A DNA stretch of 13,052 nt from Acidobacteriota bacterium (GCA_003577105.1 QEUQ01000063.1:1-13052), one strand, 5' to 3'; counted from the stretch's first letter, positions 1 to 6,927 are shown. Numbers and translations are program-made. The notes: generated by a model not told the origin, from the letters alone.

Positions 1-576
1 GGCCGTTGCGGAATGCTCGGCAAGAATGCTTCGGAGCGCTTGCCGACCGGCCTGCTGAACCGATTCCGCGACCGAGATCGCTTCGTCGACGCGTGAGATG
101 AGGTCGACGATGCGGCGCTGCTCGGGCAGCGGCGGCAGCACAACACTGAGCGAGCGAAGACTCGCTGAGTTGAGCGTCTTGCCTTTGACTGCCCGACCAG
201 CATGCGCAGCGATATCACTGGCTTCGAGGTACAGGCCCAAGTAGCGTTGATCGGCGATGTCCAGGTTGGGATCAATCCAAACGATTGCTTCATTCGGGAA
301 GATGTCGCGCGCCGCGAACCCGATGCGGCCCAGGGTTAGCTTGAAGCTCATCAGCAAACTGCCCGCTGGCACCCGGCGCGCTTTGCCTTCGTCTTCAGCA
401 ATTCTGGTCACGCCCTCGCTGTGAGGGTCAACACGCAGTTGTTTCATGTCGGCAATCGTGCAGAAAGGGCGGTCGAGACTGGCCGTCCAATAGCGAGGCT
501 CGTTTCGAGGTGGTGTCTTCCCGATTGTCAACACGGCTATCTCGCCGAGGGTTGTTTCGACCCATCCATCACGCAT
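1..576 (-). CDS. hsdS: Type I restriction-modification specificity subunit HsdS, N-terminal part (gene continues beyond window start)
   Basis: Minus-strand translation from ATG (revcomp of cat at 574-576) reads MRDGWVETTLGEIAVLTIGKTPPRNEPRYW...SLSVVLPPLPEQRRIVDLISRVDEAISVAE.... The LPPLPEQRRIV plus conserved central helix is the HsdS (Methylase_S) inter-TRD signature. The ATG overlaps the hsdM stop by 8 nt (ATGCGTGA). Not in the ORF track because it is truncated by the window edge. Confidence 0.85.
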   Translation of the reverse strand, partial: MRDGWVETTLGEIAVLTIGKTPPRNEPRYWTASLDRPFCTIADMKQLRVDPHSEGVTRIAEDEGKARRVPAGSLLMSFKLTLGRIGFAARDIFPNEAIVWIDPNLDIADQRYLGLYLEASDIAAHAGRAVKGKTLNSASLRSLSVVLPPLPEQRRIVDLISRVDEAISVAESVQQAGRQALRSILAEHSATA

Positions 577-2062
577 ATCCAGCTTCTTTCAACCGCTCAG
601 CAAGTCGCTCCTCCGCCTCGCGCAAGGCAGTCTGGGCCGCCGCGAGTTCTTCAAGCGCCGTCGGCACATCGACGACTTCTTCCGATTCGCTTCGCAGGTA
701 CCGGCCGATGTTGAGATCCCATCCGTTTTCTTTGATCTCGGCATGGGGCACGAGGCGAACACCGACACCACCGTCGCCGTCGGGGTCATCCCCGCCGCGG
801 TATGCGGCAACGATCATCTCGACGTCCGAATCCGACATCTGATTCTGGTTGCGCCCCTTCTCGAAGCGGGCCGACGCATCCACAAAGAGCACGCCGCCCT
901 TTCGCGGATCGGGCTTCTCGGATCTGAAAATCAGCAAGCACGCGGGGATCGACGTCGAGTAAAAGAGGTTGGGCGGCAGGCCGATCACTGCTTCGAGTTC
1001 GTCACTGGTGATGAGGCACTCGCGGATCGCTTTCTCGGCGCCTCCCCGAAACAGCACACCGTGGGGCATGACGACGCCGACTCGCCCTGTGCCCGGGTGC
1101 ATCGAGGCCAACATGTGCTGAACCCATGCGTAGTCAGCATTGCCTGCCGGTGGCACACCGCACTCCGCACGCCCCCAGGGGTCGCTCTTCCAGACATCTG
1201 CCCCCCAGTTCTTCAGGCTGAAGGGCGGATTGGTGATCACTACATCGAAGCGGGCGAGGTGGCCGTGGTCATCTCGGAACTTCGGCTCACGCAGCGTGTC
1301 GCCGCGCAGGACCTTCGCATCTTCAATGTCATGTAAGTAGAGGTTCATGCGGGCGATCGCCGATGTGGTCAGGCTGACCTCTTGGCCGTAGAGGCGGAGC
1401 GTGTGGATCTCTCCCCCGGCCTCGGCCACCTCGTTGACGGCTTCGACCAACATGCCGCCCGATCCGCAAGCCGGGTCATAGATGGTCTCGCCGGGCTTGG
1501 GGTCGAGGATGCGGGTAAGCAGGCGCACGACTGCACGGGGTGTGAAGAATTCACCGGCCTTCTTGCCTGACTCATCCGCAAATTGTTTGAGCAGGTACTC
1601 ATACGCGTTACCCAGTAAGTCGTGCCCGACCTTCGAGGGTGAGAGATCGAGTTCGTTGAACGCGTCGATGAGGTTGAGAAGTGAGGTTTCGGGGAGGCGC
1701 TCCTTGTTGCCCCATGGAACGTCGCCGAAGATCCCGGCGAGGGTCTCGGGGTTGGCCTCTTGTATGCGGTCGAGAATGCGCTGAAGCTCGACGCCGACGT
1801 TCTCGGTCGCCTTCCGGAGGTCGTGCCAAGTGCACCCCTCAGGTACTTGGAAACGGTAGTTCTCGGGGAGAGCTGCGAGCTTCTCGTCGCCGTCGAAGAG
1901 TTCGAGCGCGGCGGCACGTTCCTCTCGATAGGTGTCGCTGATCCGCTTGAAGAAAAGGATCGGGAATATGTACGCCTTGAAATCAGACGGATCTACCGGG
2001 CCTCGTAGCGAATTGGCGGCAGCCCATAGGCGTGATTCAAGTTCTTGGAGTGTGATCGACAG
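569..2062 (-). CDS. hsdM: Type I restriction-modification N6-adenine DNA methyltransferase subunit HsdM; 5' end uncertain (no canonical start codon, CTG at 2062 proposed)
   Basis: Track ORF 569..1528 contains motif I DPACGSGGML and motif IV VVITNPPFS. Manual extension of the same frame upstream of 1528 stays open to a TAG at 2090-2092. It encodes canonical HsdM N-terminal sequence (SITLQELESRLWAAANSLRGPVDPSDFKAYIFPILFFKRISDTYREE ... LLGNAYEYLLKQFADESGKKAGEFFTPRAVV). No ATG/GTG/TTG occurs in frame between 2090 and 1528. A GGGAGG Shine-Dalgarno lies 8 nt upstream of a CTG at 2062. Confidence 0.85.
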   Translation of the reverse strand: MSITLQELESRLWAAANSLRGPVDPSDFKAYIFPILFFKRISDTYREERAAALELFDGDEKLAALPENYRFQVPEGCTWHDLRKATENVGVELQRILDRIQEANPETLAGIFGDVPWGNKERLPETSLLNLIDAFNELDLSPSKVGHDLLGNAYEYLLKQFADESGKKAGEFFTPRAVVRLLTRILDPKPGETIYDPACGSGGMLVEAVNEVAEAGGEIHTLRLYGQEVSLTTSAIARMNLYLHDIEDAKVLRGDTLREPKFRDDHGHLARFDVVITNPPFSLKNWGADVWKSDPWGRAECGVPPAGNADYAWVQHMLASMHPGTGRVGVVMPHGVLFRGGAEKAIRECLITSDELEAVIGLPPNLFYSTSIPACLLIFRSEKPDPRKGGVLFVDASARFEKGRNQNQMSDSDVEMIVAAYRGGDDPDGDGGVGVRLVPHAEIKENGWDLNIGRYLRSESEEVVDVPTALEELAAAQTALREAEERLAERLKEAGYA

Positions 2063-2120
2063 TTCGCGGCCCTCCCAGCTAGATCGCGTCTACTGCATCA
2101 ATAGAGACTAACGACGACAT

Positions 2121-2149
2121 GTGACATTCCGTCAGTGCAATGCCGTCAC
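2121..2149 (-). promoter_or_regulatory. Inverted repeat GTGAC-N19-GTCAC with internal CCGTCA x2, in the AT-richer 83-nt spacer between the HEPN-like gene stop and hsdM
   Basis: Read directly: gtgacattccgtcagtgcaatgccgtcac. It overlaps the TGA stop (2146-2148) of the upstream gene. The local GC drop relative to flanks suggests an hsdM promoter/operator or intercistronic hairpin. Confidence 0.3.
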
Positions 2150-3294
2150 CCTTCATTCGAACCACTGCCCCCATTCGAATCTAGCGCTGCAATCATGCGT
2201 TCTCGAGCCCGGCAATCGCTTGCCTCACTGAGGAGCCGCGAATAGATGGAATCCCCGGTGCCCTTCATGCCGGGCGGTTCGGCGAAGAAGTCCTCTTGGT
2301 CGGCCAGACACTCGAAGCTATCGATGCGATCAGAGTCTGAGTCAGTCAGGGTGTAGTAGCCCAGTTCCTGAAGCTTCACCTTGGCCACTAGGGGGAACGC
2401 AATCGCGGCGAGGATCAAGTGCTCCTGCTGATTCCAGGCTTGATTCTGAGCCGAATTGCGTTTGCCGTGCGCGTACTCGTTGCGTAGCCGATAGAACTCG
2501 TGCATCCAAGCCCACCGTAGGTTTCGGGAGTCATCGCCCTTGCAGTTCGGTCGGCGAGCAGACTGCGCACAGGCAACGTTTTCGGCAGGCGTAAGCGCGC
2601 GGTCAAACGCGTCAGCCAAGTCGTCGGCCTTCGACTGCGCTTCGAGGAGCCGCTGAAACGAACCCGCCATCAAGACCCATTCGGCTTCCGGCCCGATGTC
2701 ATCAGAATCGGTGTTCGCAGCATTGAAGCCCAGAATCGCGTCGTGCCAGCGCCGATATGGTTCAGGAAATCCCGACCTAAGATCGCAGAGGGCGATCCAC
2801 AGCGGCTCGTCAATGCGAATCCGACCTTTCACTGCGACCTGGATCGGTTCGCTGATCGCAAGACCGGTGGTCGACTGGGCGTGTAGCGCCCGACCTTCGC
2901 GAACACGGGGCGCGAGAGTCACGAATCCACCGGAGCCGAGCCTCTGTTGATAGAACGTGAATCGAGTCGCGTTCGCGTAGTCCAGTGAGCCGAAGAACGC
3001 CCGGCGCGACAGCGAAGCGAAACAAGCCAACTCAACCATGGTCCTCGCGGTGTCCAACTCCTCGTCTGTCAAGTCTTCAAGCGCTGAGCGGCCACTGAAC
3101 TGCACCAAGGTGCAGCCGGGAACTGGTGCTCCTTGAAGCGTGCGGTAGGACGACATCACATTGCGAACGGCGGCTAGTTCTGCGTCGTCGAGCTCGTCGT
3201 GATCAGTCTCCAAATTCGCGATTGGGAGCAGCTCGATCTCGCCCGCCACGTACTTCTTGGCAGCGACCATCCATGGGAGTACTTGGGCGATCAT
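2146..3294 (-). CDS. Hypothetical 382-aa protein with HEPN-like RNxxxH motif (candidate abortive-infection/defence effector linked to type I RM)
   Basis: Track ORF 2146..3414. The start is preferred at the internal ATG 3292-3294, which overlaps the TGA of the upstream HTH gene as TGATG (translational coupling), giving MIAQVLPWMVAAKKY.... The C-terminal region contains ...NLRWAWMHEFYRLRNEYAHGKRNSAQ..., which matches the R-N-x3-H (Rx4-6H) HEPN RNase signature. No other recognisable domain by eye. Its position, immediately 5' of and co-directional with hsdM, is typical of Abi/toxin genes embedded in RM loci. Confidence 0.55.
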   Translation of the reverse strand: MIAQVLPWMVAAKKYVAGEIELLPIANLETDHDELDDAELAAVRNVMSSYRTLQGAPVPGCTLVQFSGRSALEDLTDEELDTARTMVELACFASLSRRAFFGSLDYANATRFTFYQQRLGSGGFVTLAPRVREGRALHAQSTTGLAISEPIQVAVKGRIRIDEPLWIALCDLRSGFPEPYRRWHDAILGFNAANTDSDDIGPEAEWVLMAGSFQRLLEAQSKADDLADAFDRALTPAENVACAQSARRPNCKGDDSRNLRWAWMHEFYRLRNEYAHGKRNSAQNQAWNQQEHLILAAIAFPLVAKVKLQELGYYTLTDSDSDRIDSFECLADQEDFFAEPPGMKGTGDSIYSRLLSEASDCRARERMIAALDSNGGSGSNEG

Positions 3295-3485
3295 CACATG
3301 CTCTTCAGCCGACCGGTCGTCTTCGCCCATCGCTCCACATCGGACCACGACCAAATCATCGCTTGCTTCAGGGTGGCGACTGGCCTCGGGAAGTCCTCGT
3401 AACGCCGACGCCAAGAGTGGACCGTCTGAGGCTGTGCAATTCCGAGGCGCTCGGCAATCTCCGCGGCGCCAACCAGATCTCCCAC
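3294..3485 (-). CDS. Small excisionase/AlpA-type helix-turn-helix DNA-binding protein (HTH_17-like), about 63 aa
   Basis: This is the C-terminal 63 codons of the 308-aa track ORF 3294..4220. VGDLVGAAEIAERLGIAQPQTVHSWRRRYEDFPRPVATLKQAMIWSWSDVERWAKTTGRLKSM matches the actinobacterial excisionase-family HTH pattern (L.G.aEIAe.LGVsrqrV..l.r...FP.Pva.l..g.iW...dVe.Wa). A GTG start at 3483-3485 is preceded by AGGG with 5-nt spacing. The rest of the 308-aa ORF is antisense to the integrase-like gene and has a non-protein-like Ser/Arg composition. Confidence 0.6.
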   Translation of the reverse strand: MGDLVGAAEIAERLGIAQPQTVHSWRRRYEDFPRPVATLKQAMIWSWSDVERWAKTTGRLKSM

Positions 3486-3529
3486 TTCAACCCTGTGCGA
3501 TGACAATTCATCTCCGTTTGGCTTGCATA

Positions 3530-3622
3530 CAGCCGTAGGCACTGGTAGGCTGCACCGATGGCTACGGCTGTAGCCGAGCATAACAGCAAGCGGCCCCGGC
3601 GGTGCGCTAACACCCCGGGGCC
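3530..3622. promoter_or_regulatory. Divergent intergenic region with two inverted repeats (CAGCCGTAG-N23-CTACGGCTG; GGCCCCGG-N15-CCGGGGCC)
   Basis: Read directly at 3530-3570 and 3592-3622. The region lies between the divergently transcribed HTH gene (start 3485, minus) and the integrase-like gene (start 3637/3651, plus). Confidence 0.35.
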
Positions 3623-3636
3623 CGGTCAAGACCTGT

Positions 3637-4551
3637 ATGAGAGGTCCCGACGTGAAAGAGCATAGACCTGACAGCGAGGCACTCCCCGCGGCTTTCGAGC
3701 TGGCCGCCGCGCGGCTCGACGACCTTGCGCTGAGCGACCAGAGCGATCGCGTAATGCAACGGCTCTGGGCTCGTTTTGCCTCGTACACCAAGCGCTGCGG
3801 CATCGTCGCGGCCAGAGACATCAACGCCGAGGTCGTCTCGGGATTCGTTCGCGCTCGCGCTGGGTCCGGGTCGGTTCCGTCGGCGTCGACGATGCATCTG
3901 CGGCGCTCCGCCCTCCGGCTTCTGTTTCGAATTTGGCGAGAATGCGAGCTGGCTACCGGCGACCCCACACTGGATCTTGCCCTCCCCGCGCGCTCACAGC
4001 TCGGTGTTCGCCCGCTCACCGACGACGAGGTCGCTATTTGCCGGTGGGCGTCGCTGTCGACTCCCGCCGAGACCCGCCAGCCCGCAACCTGGGCGGCCGC
4101 CGAGGCAGGACTGACCACCGGCGAGATCCCGCTGCTCAGCGGTTCCGATCTCGACCTCGACTCAGCGATCTTGAGCGCTCCGGGCACGACCAAGACTGAT
4201 CCGCGCAGCGTGCCGATCACCGCATGGGGCGTCGCGCAGCTGTGCCGGCGAATAGCGGTGATCGGCGACCCCGGTATGCCCCTCTGTTACGAAGGCACCG
4301 CGGGCGCCGAGTCCGGACAGGCGTCGGTCTGTCGGGCGATCGCTGACGTACTTCGCCGCGCGGGCCTCGCCGACGAACCCGATGTGCGTCCGCGCTCGGT
4401 CACCGCGTGGGTAGGGGTCCAGGTTTTCGTCGAGACTGAAAGCATCGAAGAGGTCGCGCGCCGTCTCGGCATGCGATCACTGGATCGAACCGCCTCGCTC
4501 ATCGGTCACGACTGGCGGACGAGCATCAATTGCTCGGGCGGGAAAAGCTGA
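3637..4551 (+). CDS. Tyrosine-recombinase (phage integrase)-fold protein with apparently degenerate catalytic residues
   Basis: Track ORF. An alternative GTG start at 3651 has AGAGG 7 nt upstream. The N-terminal half resembles the integrase core-binding/SAM-like domain (MHLRRSALRLLFRIWRECELATGDPTLDLALP...RPLTDDEVAICRWAS, compare sAlRsFFrwl...np...l..pk...lp..Lt.eEv..ll). The C-terminal half has box-I-like AGLTTGEIPLLSGSDLDLDSAIL and TTKTDPRSVPI (compare GLRxSEl..L...Did......i and KggKeR.vPl). By my by-eye alignment the expected catalytic Arg, His-x-x-Arg-His and Tyr positions read T, V-R-P-R-S and G/H. Confidence 0.55.
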   Translation: MRGPDVKEHRPDSEALPAAFELAAARLDDLALSDQSDRVMQRLWARFASYTKRCGIVAARDINAEVVSGFVRARAGSGSVPSASTMHLRRSALRLLFRIWRECELATGDPTLDLALPARSQLGVRPLTDDEVAICRWASLSTPAETRQPATWAAAEAGLTTGEIPLLSGSDLDLDSAILSAPGTTKTDPRSVPITAWGVAQLCRRIAVIGDPGMPLCYEGTAGAESGQASVCRAIADVLRRAGLADEPDVRPRSVTAWVGVQVFVETESIEEVARRLGMRSLDRTASLIGHDWRTSINCSGGKS

Positions 4552-5957
4552 TGGCCGCACGCGCATCCGGCGTTTCGAGCCTCGAACAGGTCGAGGCGGT
4601 GCTTGGAAATCCCGCCATCTACGAGCTGGCGGAGGTCATCGAGACCGAAAGTGAGCTGGGCGGGCGACGTCTCACGTACCCGACCTACATGCTCTTGGTC
4701 TACGAGTCCCTCATCTCGGTCTATCGCTCCGCGCGTCGAGTCGAGACCGAGATCGGCCACCCCCTGGTCTGGTCATTCATGCGCGAAGTTGTTGTGGCTC
4801 GCTTTGCTCACGACTCGGAGATGTGGCTTCCAGATGAACCGATGCGGCGCCACCACTACCTCTACGGGAGAGACCGGTACCTGGTGCCAAACCGGGAGTT
4901 ACTGAGAGACCTGTTCGAGAAGATCTCATGTCGCCAGGCGACCGGGGACCTCAGCCTCTGCGCGAAAGACGGGCCGGGTTCGCCCACCCATCCTCATCCG
5001 ACCCGGATGCTCTATGCCGACGGCAAGGTTGTGACACCACTCTTCAAGGCGAAGCCGGGCACGACAAAGGTCGACAAGACAACGGGTGAGGTCCGCCAGG
5101 TTCGATCCGAGCCTGACGCGGCACTGCACGTCACGGGCTCAGGCGAGCCGGCGTGGGGGACCAAGCACGTCATGGTGGCTACGCGCGGAGACGACGTCCA
5201 CTGCCGGATGATCCTCTCGGTCTCCCCTGTCGAGCGCCCCGGCCAAGAGGCCAAAGTCGCTCTCGAGCGAATCGGGTCACTGGCGGCCAAACTCTCAGGC
5301 GCGACAGGTGTGATCTACGACGGAGCCTTTCGGGGCGCCCACATTGCCGAGCTCATGCACGACCGCGGGCTGCTCCCCGTCGTCCCGGTCCAAGCCAAGT
5401 CGGGCGGCAAGCGGGCACGAAAGGCGCGCGTCGAGCGTTCGGTCCGGATCGGTGAGGCGAGCTTGCGCCGAGCCGATGGCACGAGGATCACCGTGCAGCT
5501 CTATGCGGAGGCCGGCGCGCTCTGCATCGGCGAGCTGGATGAGGCCGGCGCGGTGGTGATGACGCCACTTCAGCGCCTCAAAGTCGAGCAGCGCAGGAAC
5601 GTTGACGGCACCTGGCGTTGGTACGGGGTGTATTCGGTGCCGGCGCCGACGGGTCCGGGAACCGTCAGAGTCCGGCTGGACACCACAGACGAGGACCGCG
5701 CCCGGAGCTTCAACCGCTGCGAGCACTTGCGGGCGATTCCACCGTCTGATCCCGACTATCGCCGCCTCTGTCCGATGCGCTCGGACGCCGAGTCGATCAA
5801 CCGCCACCTCGACGACACGATGTGGCTGAGCCGCGCGCACTCGCTCGGGCGCGACCGCCAGCTCGTCAACCTCATCGGCTACGGGCTGGCGGTCAACTCA
5901 CTCGCGCTCCATCGATACAGGCGCAACCTGGCGCCGCCTGGCGCGCTCGCGGCCTGA
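4551..5957 (+). CDS. DDE transposase-like protein (IS4/IS5-superfamily-like C-terminal signature)
   Basis: Track ORF 4530..5957 with TTG at 4530. The start is preferred at ATG 4551-4553, which overlaps the upstream TGA as ATGA. The C-terminus reads DYRRLCPMRSDAESINRHLDDTMWLSRAHSLGRDRQLVNLIGYGLAVNSLALHRYRR. This fits the Y-x-R-x3-E ... LlAyNL.R tail of IS4/IS5/IS701-type transposases. Candidate DDE aspartates lie in GTKHVMVATRGDDVH and GVIYDGAFRG. Antisense ORFs over this span have Arg/Ser-rich junk composition. Confidence 0.55.
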   Translation: MAARASGVSSLEQVEAVLGNPAIYELAEVIETESELGGRRLTYPTYMLLVYESLISVYRSARRVETEIGHPLVWSFMREVVVARFAHDSEMWLPDEPMRRHHYLYGRDRYLVPNRELLRDLFEKISCRQATGDLSLCAKDGPGSPTHPHPTRMLYADGKVVTPLFKAKPGTTKVDKTTGEVRQVRSEPDAALHVTGSGEPAWGTKHVMVATRGDDVHCRMILSVSPVERPGQEAKVALERIGSLAAKLSGATGVIYDGAFRGAHIAELMHDRGLLPVVPVQAKSGGKRARKARVERSVRIGEASLRRADGTRITVQLYAEAGALCIGELDEAGAVVMTPLQRLKVEQRRNVDGTWRWYGVYSVPAPTGPGTVRVRLDTTDEDRARSFNRCEHLRAIPPSDPDYRRLCPMRSDAESINRHLDDTMWLSRAHSLGRDRQLVNLIGYGLAVNSLALHRYRRNLAPPGALAA

Positions 5958-5967
5958 AGGCCGCGCA

Positions 5968-5988
5968 TCCCAAGAGCTGAACTCCACG
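5968..5988 (+). terminator. Hairpin GCTGAAC-tccacgg-GTTCAGC 11 nt after the transposase-like stop (candidate terminator, no U-tract)
   Basis: Read directly. 7-bp stem, 7-nt loop, immediately downstream of the TGA at 5955-5957. Confidence 0.3.
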
Positions 5989-6132
5989 GGTTCAGCGCGC
6001 TCCGACATCGCACTACGCGTTGCGGGGCGAGTTTCGCGCATCCGACAGCGACCCCGAGGCCGGTACGATTGGCTCCACAACCGCCAGGTAGGCAGGTGAG
6101 CGGAGTTTTCTACCACCTTTTCTACCGGCCCC

Positions 6133-6205
6133 GCCCGCGTAGCTCAGGGGATAGAGCACCGGTTTCCTAAACCGGGTGTCGCAAGTTCGATTCTTGCCGC
6201 GGGCG
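6133..6205 (+). tRNA. tRNA-Arg (anticodon CCT)
   Basis: Manual cloverleaf: acceptor GCCCGCG/CGCGGGC (7 bp); D-arm GCTC-AGGGGATA-GAGC; anticodon arm CCGGT-TTCCTAA-ACCGG (U33, anticodon CCT, A37); variable loop GTGTC; T-arm GCAAG-TTCGATT-CTTGC; discriminator G. 73 nt, CCA not encoded. The antisense ORF 6013..6321 shows the classic tRNA-antisense translation artefact. Confidence 0.9.
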
Positions 6206-6235
6206 CACTGCCGCAAGGGCACTCGTGCCGACAAA

Positions 6236-6914
6236 TCACCTGAACACCACCTCGAGGTCCGTGATCGCAACGACCTCGATCTTCCCAGCCAATGAATAAG
6301 ACCGCCGGCCGGGATAGACAACCTTCAACTCATCGAGGCCCAGATCGTCGATTGCTATGTGCATTGATCTAGTCGTTGATGGCGCATCCGAATACTTGAA
6401 CTCGAACCCGATACGCCTAGTCCCCCTGAATACCAACAGATCGAGTTCAGCGCTGGCCTGCGTGCCCCAGAAATAAGCATCCCGTGAGTTCACCAAATCG
6501 ACTTGCTCCGACCTCGCGGATGTCGAACCCGCTCATATCGACTAACCCCGCACGGCCCGCGAGAGATTCCGATGCGCCCTTCACCAGGCCTGGAGCCGCG
6601 CTCCCGAGAAGAAGGAATCGCGCCGCGGTTCGTGGTCGGTCGGCAAGCACCCGCACCACTTCGAAAATGCCGGGTACGCGCTGAATCTCATCGATGACGA
6701 CGAGTCCCCGCAGGCCTTCTAAGGCCAGCATCGGATTCTGGAAACGAGCCGCGTCGGCCGAATCTTCGAGGTCGAAGTACTCTGCCCGGCGATCCGCGGC
6801 AATCTGTCGCGCGAGTGTCGTCTTGCCACACTGGCGGGGGCCCAACGGGACTGCAACCGGTCCGAACTTGAGGGCGGCTCACACCCTCGCCTCAAGGATA
6901 TTTCGTTCGATCAT
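6236..6914 (-). pseudogene. Disrupted AAA ATPase (AAA_14 + DUF4143 family) with in-frame TGA at codon 12 and a downstream frame break
   Basis: Minus strand from ATG (6912-6914) reads MIERNILEARV-TGA(6879-6881)-AALKFGPVAVPLGPRQCGKTTLARQIAA...LVVIDEIQRVPGIFEVVRVLADRP...LLLGSAAPGL...SESLAGRAGL (track ORF 6447..6845). The C-terminal DUF4143-like part SRDAYFWGTQASAELDLLVF...IGFEFKYSD...VVYPG continues in a different frame (track ORF 6236..6496). Total length is well below the usual roughly 380-400 aa, suggesting internal deletion as well. Confidence 0.6.
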
Positions 6915-6927
6915 GTGAAACTATATT

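Noticed and set aside
421-1336. Plus-strand track ORFs 421..714, 510..842, 743..1336 and 1140..1340
   Set aside because: They are antisense to the well-supported hsdS/hsdM genes. They have Arg/Ser/Pro-rich composition typical of high-GC antisense frames and no recognisable motifs.
1369-2008. Minus and plus track ORFs 1369..1917, 1608..1835, 1482..1784, 1681..1941 and 1760..2008
   Set aside because: They are alternate frames or antisense across the hsdM N-terminal domain region. The real hsdM frame here is open but was missed by the track only because it lacks a canonical start.
3295-3414. First 40 codons of the 422-aa ORF (MASALRGLPEASRHPEAS...)
   Set aside because: They overlap the HTH gene in another frame. 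The internal ATG at 3292-3294, forming a TGATG coupling overlap, is a more parsimonious start.
3486-4220. N-terminal about 245 codons of the 308-aa minus-strand ORF 3294..4220
   Set aside because: It is fully antisense to the integrase-like gene and has Ser/Arg/Ala junk composition. Only the last 63 codons, with their own GTG+SD, form the recognisable HTH protein.
4926-5840. Minus-strand ORFs 4926..5129, 5012..5290 and 5295..5840, and plus ORFs 5153..5455, 5344..5559 and 5602..5829
   Set aside because: These are antisense or alternate-frame ORFs inside the transposase-like gene, with Arg/Ala/Pro-rich low-complexity composition.
3544-6100. Possible terminal repeats GGTAGGC(T/A)G flanking the integrase-like/transposase-like pair (3546-3554 and 6088-6096)
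   Set aside because: It is a 9-nt direct (not inverted) match. That is expected by chance many times in a 13-kb GC-rich window, so it is not evidence of IS ends.
6013-6321. 102-aa minus ORF overlapping the tRNA
   Set aside because: It contains the tell-tale tRNA-antisense translation (…RTCDTRFRKPVLYPLSYAG…), so it is not a gene.
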